58,782 bases of DNA from an uncultured Planctomycetaceae bacterium. GTDB taxonomy: Bacteria; Planctomycetota; Planctomycetia; Pirellulales; Thermoguttaceae. This document shows, piece after piece, positions 26,438 to 38,500 of the stretch. The translations under genes were made by a program, and so were the position numbers. The stretch is taken from contig CAYSGY010000002.1 in the NCBI GenBank assembly GCA_964430315.1, positions 1 through 58,782 on the forward strand, in the 5' to 3' direction. The notes below the pieces were generated by a model that did not search any database, was not told the origin of the DNA, and saw only the letters and a list, made by a program, of their open reading frames with translations. Each line of letters starts with the position of its first letter. Within the stretch, counting starts at the first letter, position 1.

Positions 26438-26513
26438 GACAGGAACGGACAGAGAGTACGCGCCCAGGCCGTCTTTGGCTGTTTTCGCCGGGGGCTGGCC
26501 TGCCGGTTTCTCC

Positions 26514-26519
26514 AAGGAG
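26514..26519 (+). promoter_or_regulatory. Shine-Dalgarno AAGGAG of giant B
   Basis: CCAAGGAGTCACTCGATG, with a 7-nt spacer to the ATG at 26527. Confidence 0.7.
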
Positions 26520-26526
26520 TCACTCG

Positions 26527-29500
26527 ATGGGGATCTGGAAGAATTTGTTCCGTCGTATTGCCACACAGAGCGGCACGCGGGGACAGTCCTTTGGGAAGCG
26601 GGGGTGGCACGCCAAGCGCGATTATGCCAAGCCTCGCGGGCTTCGTATGGAGCAATTTGAGGCGAGGATGCTTCTTAGCATCGAGCCGCCAGCCCTGGTG
26701 GGCATCATCCCGAAGGAAGGGCAGATCCTTCAGGACGGCGACAAACTCACCGAGGCCCCCACGGAGCTTCTGCTCCGGTTCAACGTCGGCCAGACGATCG
26801 ACACGCAGTCGCTGGCCAGCGGGATCCAGTTGGTGCGAAGCGGCGGCGACGGCAAGTTTGCCGGCGAGTCGGGCAACACGTCGCCCGACGTGGTCGTCCC
26901 GATCGGTTGGATGGGCGTGGAGCGGACCGACGTTCCCAACGAAATCACGGTCCGGTTCGCCGAGACGCTTCCCGACGATTCCTATCGCCTGAACCTCTAC
27001 GGCACGGCGCGGACCGACCTGTTTGGCACCACGGGCCGCGCGATTCCGCTGCAAAACACGGACTCTCCTCCGAAGCAGCTCAACGGCGGGCGCGACGAGG
27101 TCCACCCATTCTCGATCAACGTCGGCGCGCTGGTGACCTCGGTGGTTCCCGAGCCGGTGACCCATGTCGCCCTGAGCGATTCCACGTCCGCCTATTCCCT
27201 CCTCGACGTCGCCGGGAACGGCACGTCGGTCAACGGCAAGCAGTTCACGGTTTCCAGGGGCACGACGAGCGTCACGTTCACCTACACGACGGGAACGGCC
27301 TCGGAAACCAACATCAAGATCGCCAGCGGCGATAGTGCCGCCGCCGTGGCCACGAAGACCCGCGATGCCATCAACGCCTACACGGTGAGCCACCCGGCGT
27401 TTGGCGTTTCGGTCGACAGCACCGTGGCCGTCAACCCGGCCACGGGCCTGCTCAGTCGCTTGACGCTTCGCGGCGGGGCCGTGGTTCCGAAGGTCGACGT
27501 GAAGTCGACCGGCTTCACGTTCGTCGAGAGTCAGTTGGCACAAGCCAAGGACACCATCGACGTATATTTCAACGACGACCAGTTGATGCAGAGTTCGGCC
27601 GAGACGGTCTCGCACTACTCCTTGTTTGCCTTGAAGGACGTCGGCAACCCGGACGACGATCTCGTGGCGATCCTCAGCGTGGCGTTCGCGAACCCGGCCA
27701 GCCTCGACGGGAAAGCGTTCACGGTTACCAACGGCGACCCGTCGAACACCGACACGTTTACGTTCACGACCACCTTGCCGCTGACCGATACGGTCCACCA
27801 GATCTACGTCGACACGGCCCTTCCCGACACGCCGGCGACCATCGCCGCCAAGATTGCCTCGAAGATTTCCGACCACCCGTCGCTCGGCGTGATTGCCACG
27901 TCGTCGACGGAACCATCGTCGGCGTACAAGGTCGCGTTGAACGGCGGGGTGACGGTGCCGGAATTCGCCAACGTCACCACCGCGTTCACGTTCACCAAGG
28001 GCCCCGTCCAACCCGCGGACGTCGACTACGACCCCGTGCGAAACGTGGCCCGCCTGAAGTTCGCCTTCCCCTTGGACGCCTATTCGACCGGCACGTTCCG
28101 CCTTCGCATCGGCGACGATTACCAGACGATCACGACCACCACGTACACGGTCCCGGGAAGCGACAACCCCGATACCGATCAGAATTATTCCAGTTTTTGG
28201 ACGGCCTACGACCTTGCCCCCACGATCCAGGTATCCGGCACGGGGAGTTCGCTGGTTGGAAAGACCTTCACGGTCAACGGCACGACGTTCACATTCACAG
28301 CCACGGCTGTGAATCCGACGGACATTGCCGTGAATTCCGGCGACGACGCCGCCAAAGTGGCCGCCAAGGTGGCTGCTTCGCTCAACAGCAACATTGCGGC
28401 GTTTCAAGGCAAGACGGTGTCGAAGGACGCGAGGGTGGTTCTCCTGGGCGCCACCGGGTCTCCGACGGTGGGCGTGGGCGCCACGGGATTCCTCTACACC
28501 CCGCAAACCTGGTTCGACGGGACCAGCAGCCAGAGCGTCGTGATCACCGCGTCCATCCAGCCGAAGGCGTCCACGTCGTCGCTGTCGTCCAATTCGAGCA
28601 CCGCGCCGGGCACCCGCGATCTTGTCGACAGCACTCCCTTGAGCGGGGAGACGGCCGAAGACCACTATGCCGACGACGCCGACTACGACGGCAACCTGGC
28701 GGGCAGCGCCGACGTGACCCCGGGCGTGGTCACCAAGACCTACTATTTTCCCACGTACTACGGCCAGTATCCGTCGGGCAACCAGCTTCGCAACGAGATC
28801 CTCGACCACCCGGACCAGATGCAGCGGGCCCGGGAAATCATGGAACTCTACGGCAAGGAGCTGGGCATCCAGTTTGTCGAGGTCGAGAGCGGCGTGTTGG
28901 GAGCGGGGGACATCGGCATTGTAACCGGCGACCCGCGCGTCATCGACCCCAACGTACCCACCAACGGCGCGAACGCGATCGGGGGAATCGCCGGCTACGG
29001 GCTGGCGATCATGAACAACGGCGTGAACTGGGGGACCAGCGAATTCGGCGGGACGTGGTTTGTCACGGCCATGCACGAGGTCGGCCAGTTGCTCGGGCTG
29101 GGTCATTCGTACGACCTGGCGGGCTTCAGCGTGATGGGCTCCGACGAGCAGGGCTTGCAGACTTCGGACATCAGCTTGGACGCGGTCTTCCCCGGCGACT
29201 CCGACGTCGTCGCCGGACAGTATCTCTATCAGCCCGACAGCAACGACATCGATCTCTACACGTTCCAGTTGAGCCAGGCCGGTACGTTCAGCGCCGAGGT
29301 GATTGCCGAGCGGCTTGCCCAGGCCAGCACGCTCAACAGCCTGCTGACGCTGTACGACAGCAGCCACCAGGTGATCGCCCGGAACGACGACTTCTACAGC
29401 CGCGACGCCGCCCTGGAACTCCACTTGCAGCCGGGCAGGTACTACATCGCCGTCACGGCCAGCGGCAACGACGACTTCAATCCGAAGATCGCCGACAGCG

Positions 29501-32500
29501 GCACGGGTGGAACGACCCAGGGCGAATACGACTTGCGTCTCACCTTCCAACCCGACCGCACCACGATCAATAGCACCATCGTCGACAGCGACATGACGGC
29601 GTTGGACGGCGACGGGGACGGGCTGCCGGGCGGGTCGTACAACTTCTGGTTCAACGTCCAGAGCTACGATTACACCGACGGCGACTCGAGCAACGATCAC
29701 GTGCTGTTCGTCGACAAGACGCCTTCGCAGGGCCGGGGCGTCGCCAGCGCGACGTATCCTCTCGGCAGCCTGAACAACCCCTACCCCACGATCTTCGCCG
29801 CCCTCCAGGCCGCCAAGTCGGGCGACCTGTTCCACCCCGGCGACATCGTGCGGATCGTCGGCAACAACGACGCCGACGACAATCTCGGCCGCTCGATTCT
29901 GACGAAGAATGCTTCGGGCCAGGCGATCACCGGGGTCATGCTCAGCACCGGAGGAACGCACACGTTCACCCTGGCGGACGAATCCCAGACGATGACCTTC
30001 CAGTTCGTCAAGCAGGGCGACACCCTGGGGTCGGGCAACATTGCCGTTCCCTATTCCCCGACCGACAACAGCGCGGCGAACGTGCTCCAGGCCGTCGTCG
30101 ACGCCATCAACAACGAGGCCCACCTGAACCGGGGCCTGAACATCACGGCCGCGGCGGTGAGCGGCACGAGCGAGATCCGGTTGACCGGCCGCGCGGTCTT
30201 CTTCGACGCCAACACCAGCACGCTCACCGACACGATGCTGAACAACGTGGCCTACGAGGTCGGCACCAACCCCGACGGCGGTCACCTGGCCGACAGCGAT
30301 CCGGATCCCACGGCCGACGTCAGCCAACTGCGTGTCCCCAAGGGGGTCACGCTGATGATCGACGGCGGGGCGGTCTTCAAGATGGGCGGGGCGAACATTG
30401 TCGTCGGCACCTCGGAGTCCGACAACGATCGCAGCGGAGGGGCCCTCCAGGTGTTGGGCACCCCGGAGAGCCGGGTCATCTTCACGTCCTACAAGGACGA
30501 GTCGATTGCGGTCGACACCTTCACCGGGCCGGCCACCAAGCCCGTCAAGGGCGATTGGGGCGGCATCGTGTTCCGCAACGACCTCGACTACGAAGCGATG
30601 ACGAGCGATCCCACGCGCCGCGTCTACGAGACGGCGGGGGTCTTCTTGAACTACGTGAACCATGCCGACATCCGCTACGGCGGCGGCAAAGTGGGTGGGT
30701 CGTCCGGCGATCCCTACGACCCGATCCACATGGTCCGCGCCAGGCCCACGATCACCTACAACAGCATCACGCGAAGCGGCGACGCCGCCATGTCGGCCGA
30801 CCCGAATAGCTTCGAGGAGACGAGGTTCCAGAGCGCCTCCCAGGCTTCCTCGACGGCCTACACTTCGGACTACAACCGCGCCGGTCCGTACGTCCAGGGC
30901 AACTTCGTGGCCGACAACACCATGAATGCCCTCTACATTCGCATCCGCAAAGACCCCTTGTCCGGCACGGTGCTCGACACGCTCGACGTGTCGGCCCGCC
31001 TCGACGATCTCGACATCCCCTACGTGCTGATCCAGAAGCTGGTGATCAGCGGCAACCCGGGCGGCATCGTTGAGGAAGCGGGCACCTGCTCGTTGGAGGT
31101 CCAGAACCGGAACCAGATCGTTGCGAAAGCCGGCGACGCTTTCCTGGACCCGCGGGACTATGTGCAGGACCAGGACTACTTCACCATCAGCGACGGGTTC
31201 GTCACGGTGGTGTTCGAGTTCGACGCGCGGCCCGACCCTTCTTCGAGTCCCGGCTTCAACTACAACAACTCGCCGGAGTTGGACGCTTCCGGGCATCGCG
31301 TGCTGATCCCGTTCGGCGCCAGTTTCAATCGCACCCAGATCGCCGACAAGGTGCGGGACGCGATCCGCTTCGCCCGCGAGAACTTCCGGCTCAACGTGAC
31401 GCCCGACGCCGCCGGGACCGCGATCGTGACACTTGCCGGTCCGACCGTGATTCTCGACGGCTTCCAGGGGCTGGAAACGGCCCGGACCCACGGCCGCCTG
31501 ATGCTCGATCCCGGGGTCGTGTTGAAGCTCCGCAGCGGCATGATCGAGACGGAGATGGGAGGGCAGTTGATTGCCGAGGGGACGAAGAACTCGCCGGTCG
31601 TGTTCACGTCGCTCTATGACGATCGGTACGGGGCCGGCGGGACGTTCGACACCAACAACGACGGGATGTTCGACGCCTTCGCTCCGGCCCGCATCGGCGC
31701 CGCCCCCGCCAAGGGCGACTGGGCCGGCATCTACGTCTCGCCCACGTCGACGCTGAGCCTGGACTGGGCGCGGGTGTACTACGGCGGAGGTTTCGGGTCG
31801 ATCGAAGGCCGCACCGTCTACTTCAATCCGATCGAGATCCGCCAGGCCTCCGCCCGCATCACCAACAGCCTCTTCCAGGACAACGACGCCCACAGCACGG
31901 GCACCGACACCCGCAACGGGCGTGGAACGACCGACGCCGCCACGATCTTCATCCGCGGGGCTCAACCGGTCGTGGTCTACAACACCTTCTTGAACAACAC
32001 CGGCGCGGTGGCCAGCGTGGATCTCAACGCCATGAAGGCCGAGGTCACGCCCGACTGGGGTCGCAGCGTCCCCTACTTCCTCACGAACACCTCCGAGATC
32101 CCATCCGAGGAAATCCGCAACGAGCAGTTGCGCACGCCGCTGGCGCCGTTCTATCAGTTCGACGACAACGCCGGTCCGCTCGTGCGGCTGAACCAGTACA
32201 ACGAGAACGCGATCAACGGGATCGTTGTCCGCGGCGGCACGCTCACCACGGACAGCGTCTGGGACGACACCGACATCGTTCACGTGGTCACCAGCGAGAT
32301 CATCGTCGACAACCAGTACAGCGGAAACGCCCTGCGGCTCCAGAGCACCAGCGAAGAGAGCCTGGTCATCAAGCTCCAGCAGATTCCGGTCGCCACCCTG
32401 GCCTCCAGGACCGGCGACACGGCCGGCGTGCTCAGGTTTGACGCGGCGGACCACGGGCTGGCCGTGGGCCGCTCCGTCGACGTGGCCTGGACCGGTGGGG

Positions 32501-35500
32501 CCCGCTACAGCATGACCGTCACCGCGGTCAGCGGGTCCAATGTCACGGTCAGCGGCGGGAAGGGCGACGTTCTCCCCGAGGCCGCCGCGCGGATCTCGTT
32601 TGCCGCCGGGTTCGTCGTGCGCGGGACCCCCAACGACACGAGCGGCCGCATCGGCGGCACGCTCCAAGTGTTGGGCCAGGGCACGCACCCGGTCGTCTTC
32701 ACCTCGCTGGCCGACGACACGGTGGGGGCGGGCTTCATTCCCGGCGTCGCCAGGGTGCCGCAGACCGATACCAACGGCGACGGCAGCGCCACCACCCCGC
32801 AACCCGGCGACTGGCAGGCGATCCGCATCGAGGAATACAGCAACGACCGCAACGTGGCGATCGTCTCCGAATTGGAGCCTCCCGCCAGCGCCTCGGCGAG
32901 CCAGACGAACGACACCAAGAACACCCGGCAGCTTCTGGGGACCCTGGCCACCAGCGTCAGCTCCGGCGACGACCTCTTGCGCCTCGGCTTCCAGGTCAAC
33001 GGCCACATCCGCGACGACTATGCCGGCGACGTCGACGTCTACAGCTTCCTCGGCAAGCCGGGCACCGAGGTCTGGATCGACATCGACCGCACCCAGTTCG
33101 CCTTGGATACCGTGGTCGAGCTGTTGGACAGCCAGTTCAACATCGTGGCCTGGTCCGACGACGCCGGCGGCGCGACCACGACCGACAAGATCGCCGAGCA
33201 GGGCAAGCCCGGAGAGACGATCCCCAACCACGGCATCGCCCGGACCATGCAGCGCGGCTCGTCGGTGATTCCCGACTACTACAGTACGAATCCTCGCGAC
33301 GCCGGATTCCGCGTCGTCCTGCCGGGCAATCTCAACCTTTCCCAGGACACTTACTATGTCCGCGTGCGCGCCGCGCTGAAGGGGCTTGCCGCGCCCCAGG
33401 GCACTACCGTCAAGGACGGCGACTACTTCACTCTCGGCGACGGCGTGAGGACCGTCTTCTTCGAGTTCAACAACTCGACCCTCGTGGCCGGCGACCCCGG
33501 CTACAACCAGGTCACGGCCGGACGGGTCCGCATCGACTTCAACCCGAACGATTCCGCCGAGACCATCGCCAAGGCCATCACCAACGCGATCAACGGCGCC
33601 AACGCCGGGGCCTCCGGGAAACTGGGGATTACGGCCCAGACGGTCGACCAGTCGATCGTGCTCACCCGCGACGCCACCTTCTCGGCCCGAACCGGCCTCG
33701 CCGCGCCGACCACCATGCGGTTCGATCGGGGCACCAGCTCGGTGGCCAAGACCAACCCGACCGGCTCCTACCAGATCCAGATCCGCCTCCAGGAACTCCA
33801 GGAAGCCCCGGGCACGGTGATCAGCCACGGCGACATCCGCTATGCCGCGGTCGGCATCGAGGTCCTCGGCCAGCCCACCAGTTCCCCGTTGACGGGCGAT
33901 TCCAGCGACATCGAGGAGCGGAGCGCGACGTCGCACGGCAACAACCAGAACAACAACGTCCTGACCCAGAGCCAGCCGATCGGCGACGTGCTGGCCTCCG
34001 ACAACGCAGCCCTCACGGTCGGCGGCTACATCAACGGCGAAACGGACATCGACTGCTACCAGTTCACCATCGACTTGCAGGGGATCCAGTCGCTGACCCC
34101 GACCGGTCAGGTGAACGACGGCGGAACGCGGTGGCCGGTCACCTTCGACGTCGATTGGGCCGGCAGCACCCTGTCGCGGGCCGACACCTCGCTCTACATC
34201 TTCGACTCCCAGGGCCGGCTCCTCTTGATCGGTACCGATTCGAGCATTCTCGACGACCAGGCGGCCGGCGGGCAGGGCGGCGCCCAGGAGGAACTCAGCC
34301 GAGGCTCCTCCGACACCTTGGATCCCTGGATCGGCCCGGTCTACCTTCCGGAGAACTACAACACCGCCGACATGCCCACCCAGGGGCCCTACACCGTCGT
34401 GGTCGCCCCCAAGTACCGCATCCCCAGCGTGCTCTTGGAGAACACCTCCGACGCCGATGCCCGGCTGCTCCGCCGCGAGCCGGTCAACTCGATCCAGCGG
34501 ATCATCGACGACCACATCGGCTACTCGAACTACTCGGGCATTGCCCAGGACGCCGTCACCTCGGCCTTCCCGGTCGACAATTCCGACAACCAGTCGTACC
34601 AGGGCTACGACTCGTCGAAGGTCCTCCAACTCAACGCCTACGCCGACGACTTCACCCTCGGCGACGTGACCACCTACATCGTGCGTGGCAACAGCAGCAA
34701 TACCGACAATATCTACACGGTGAACCCCTTCACCGGCGCGGCCCAGGTCGATCTGACCAACTTGCAGTATTTCTCCGACGCGGGGACCCGCCTGTACAGC
34801 GACGTCGGAGTGCGGAACGACGGGCGTCTGTACACCTTGAGCTATGGCAGCCCGAGCGGCAACACGACCTCCGGCCTGCACTGGAACAACTCCGGCAACG
34901 CGCGCCAAACGGAGCCCGGCTACGAAGCGCCGACGACCGTGTCGGGGGTGAGCGACACCGGGGTGTTTCCCGGCGAGTACGACATGGGCGCCGCCGATCC
35001 TCGGAACGCCGCCAGGAACATCCCGAACGCGAGCATGCAGTTCCAGGCGTTTTCCCAGGACCCGTATACCTCGAGTGTGTACGTCGGCAACACGAGCCGT
35101 TACCAGGTGGCGGTGGGGAGCTCCGCCAGCACGCCGCAGAACCCGGGCGGCACGTACCGGATGCCCTATTATCAGAACCTCTTCTACGTGCTCAATTCGG
35201 GCGGGGTGGCGGTCGACGCGCCCAACAACTTCCGCTGGGCCCCCTATTCGGCCGGCGGGCCTCGCCTCTACAGCAACATCGTGCCGCTCGGCGTGCTGAC
35301 CTTTGCGGACGACAACATGCCGGGCGACCAGTCCGCCATCGGCGACCCGGGCGACGGCTATTACACCGACGGCGACACGTACATCGGGTCCCCGATCGTC
35401 GGAATGACGTACGTCAACGGACGTCTCTACGCCATCACTCAGGATCCCGTGACCTACACGCCCGACGCCGAGTTCACCATCCGCGGAGAGGACGGCACCG

Positions 35501-38500
35501 GCGACGAGGTGAAGGCGGGGAGCTACAACCTCTTCGAGGTGATCAACGTGACGGGCGCGGACGCCGACGGCGACATCCTCTATCGCCTGATGAACGATTT
35601 CACCGCGTCCAGCACGAGCTGGAACTGGGGCTTCTACGGCGTGGACAGCAACATCACGCCCAAGACGATCCAACGACGGAAGGTCAACGACGTGGGCGTG
35701 GGCCCGCGGCTGAAGCCCGTCGGCCTCATCTCCACCAACGCGGGCACGGGACTTACCGGCCTGACGACCGGGCCGCAGAACGTCGAGAACGGCAAGTACT
35801 CGGAGATGATGTTTGCGACGGACTCTTCCGGCAGAATCTACGCGATGGACATCCACGGAACGCTCCAAGGGGTGTTCCAGAACGGGGCCACCAGCGTCAG
35901 CACGGGGATCTCCGGCGCCACGGGCATCGCCTTTTCCAACATCGACTACAACCTCTGGCACGTCACCGAGCAGCGCTGGTACGACGAGGGCCACGGCGTC
36001 AATACGCTCTGGGACTCCAGCCGCACCTCCGAGGAATACTCGCAGGGTGGCGCCTACGGCGACTCTCGCGGCATGAGCTTCTACTTCGGGCTCGAGGACT
36101 CGAGGAACACCAACACGATCTCCAGCCAGCCCGGGTCGCAAAACTACCAGGACGTCAGTTCCTATATCTGGCAGGACCGAAGCGCGGGTCCGACGTCGCC
36201 GGTCGCCTACACCAGCGGCGGCACGCACGGCTCCTACGACATGCCGAGCGGGGCCAAGGGCTCGCTGACCACGGCCGAGTTCAGCCTCGGCGGCTACCAG
36301 GCGGCCGACAAGCCGGTCCTCTACTTCAACTACTACGCCAGCACGCAAGGCGGCCAGGACTACGACGCCTTCCGCGTCTACGTCTCCAGCGACGGGGCCA
36401 ACTGGGACCTGGTCGGCAGCACCACCGACATGGACAGCAACCGGCCGAATTCCACCGCCACGGCCGGCACCAACCAGGAGGTCCGCTGGAACGGCGGCCA
36501 GGAACTCTATGAGAACACCGGCTGGCGCCAGGCCCGCATCGACCTGAGCAACTACGCCGGCCAGGAACACCTCCAGATCCGATTCGACTTCAACACCTAC
36601 AGCGACTGGCAGATCGGCGACCTGAGCCAGGGGGGCGACTACCTCCGGGCCGTCGACGGCGACTACCTCCGCGACGGCAACTGGTTCGACGTCCAGACCG
36701 GCGGCACCAGCGGCGTGATCGACCGCTTCGAGTTCGACATGGGCCTGAGCCTGGTCATGCCCAACGTCGCCGGGAAGATGATCACCGACGAGGGGCCGAC
36801 CCTCCTGGAGTCGTTCCGCATCACCGACGACGGCCAGGCGCCCAATGCGGCGAAGACCTGGACCTTCCAGTTCTACAACATGAAGAGCGGGAGCCTCCCC
36901 ACGCCTCCGGCCAACACCACCTACATCCCGATCAGCGCGTCGGACAGCGCGTACGACGTGGCCGTCAAGGTCCGCGACGCCATCAACTCCCAGTTCGTTT
37001 CCGGCAACACCGGCTACACCATGGCCGTGCTCGACTCGGTCCATCCCGACCGGATCTACCTGAATCGGGCGGTGAGCGTGGTCCAGACCGCCGGACCCGA
37101 CGGCAACACCAGGGTGATCGTCCAGGGCGACGCCCCGGGCACCCTGACCAATACGGCCGGCGGGTCGGTCTCGACCGTGGTCCCCATCCGCGTGCGCGGC
37201 GACATGACCGAGGAGGAGATCGCGCAGGCCATCTGGCTGGCCATGGACCAGAAGTACACCAACCCCACGTTGGTGAACACGCTTCCCAATCCTTCGCAGA
37301 ACGGGCAGCATTACGGCACCGATCTCATCCAGGTCCTGCCGACACAACAGCCCGTGAACGGGTCGCTGCAGCGGAACTACACCGACGGCCAGACGTTTAC
37401 CGTGGGCGACCGGTATCGGACCATCACCTTCGAGTTCGACTCCAGTCCCCGGACCAGCGGACTCTGGAATCATGACAACGTCCGCATCGGGATCGAGCCC
37501 GACGCGACGAACAACTTCCTTGGCCCGGACGCCGAGACGCTCGCCGCGAGGATCGCCAAGGCCATCGAACTCGCCCACGTGACCGAGTCGACCTACGACG
37601 CGGGGACAGACTACTGGTACACGGGTGTGGGCGGGCCGAGTCTGCAACTCACGCCCACTGCTACCGGCCGGATCACCAGCAATGCGGATCCCGACACGCA
37701 GGATCCCTCCTACCAAAGCGGCTCGTCATGGGTCAAGGTGAAGACGCTCGGGTTTTACGTCCGTCTGACGGGGACGGCCGCGGAGAGCGCCACGAACTAC
37801 CCGGCCGCCTTTTTCAATCCCGGCACAACGCTCCTGAGCCAACCCTTCGCGAACGCCGCGTCGAAGCGGGAAGGGCTGACCACGGCCGGTTACAGCAACA
37901 CCCTGAGCACGGCCGCCAACGGCAGCCTGATCCGGATGATCGGGCACCGGGTGGTGACGACCTTGCCGGAGATCGAGGCCCTGCCTTCGACCAACCCGCC
38001 GGGCGGCGATCCGGCCGCCCTGGTCGGCGGTCCTGCGCCGCTGGGCTACTCCTCGCTCCTGTATAGCGACGATCCCCTCTATAAGGACTTCTGGCACAAC
38101 GGCGTCTCACCGCTCAACCAGCGTTTCACGAATTACCTGGGCGCCTCGCAGAACTACTACGAGGGGATCTACATCGACGACATCATCGTCGGCTTCGCCG
38201 AGCGCGGCGAAATGGTCTCCAGCGCCGAGTCCAGCGCCTCCTACATGGCCCCGGCCGACGCCTCGTTTGTCGCCCAGCCCACCCAGACCCGCTACGACAC
38301 CACCTACAACGCCGGCCGCGACCCGCAAACCGCGATCAACACCGGCTACTACCAGGTCGAGATCCGACGCGCGGAGGAGTTCGCCTCCTACGCCCCGTAT
38401 GCCTCGGTGAACCGGGAGCGGACCGCGATCCTCGGCTCAACCACCTCCTCGGGCGTGGTGGAAGGGCTCACGCGGACGTTCAACACCAACGACCGCTTCG

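Noticed and set aside
25996-26660. Small ORFs in the divergent spacer (25996..26205 +, 26049..26231 -, 26117..26566 -, 26292..26660 +) as possible regulator or micro-protein genes
   Set aside because: They are mutually overlapping, low in GC3 and unlike the local coding bias. They have non-ATG or context-poor starts and no Shine-Dalgarno sequence. Two of them overlap the giant-B promoter or start. They could still hide a small RNA, which is covered by the spacer finding.
26434-37716. 3,760-aa minus-strand ORF inside giant B, together with 38437..45042, 45370..47970, 48679..53985 and 54598..57552
   Set aside because: These are antisense shadows of the 10,376-codon ORF with the same compositional signature. 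The first one even runs across the giant-B start codon and promoter, which no real gene arrangement requires.
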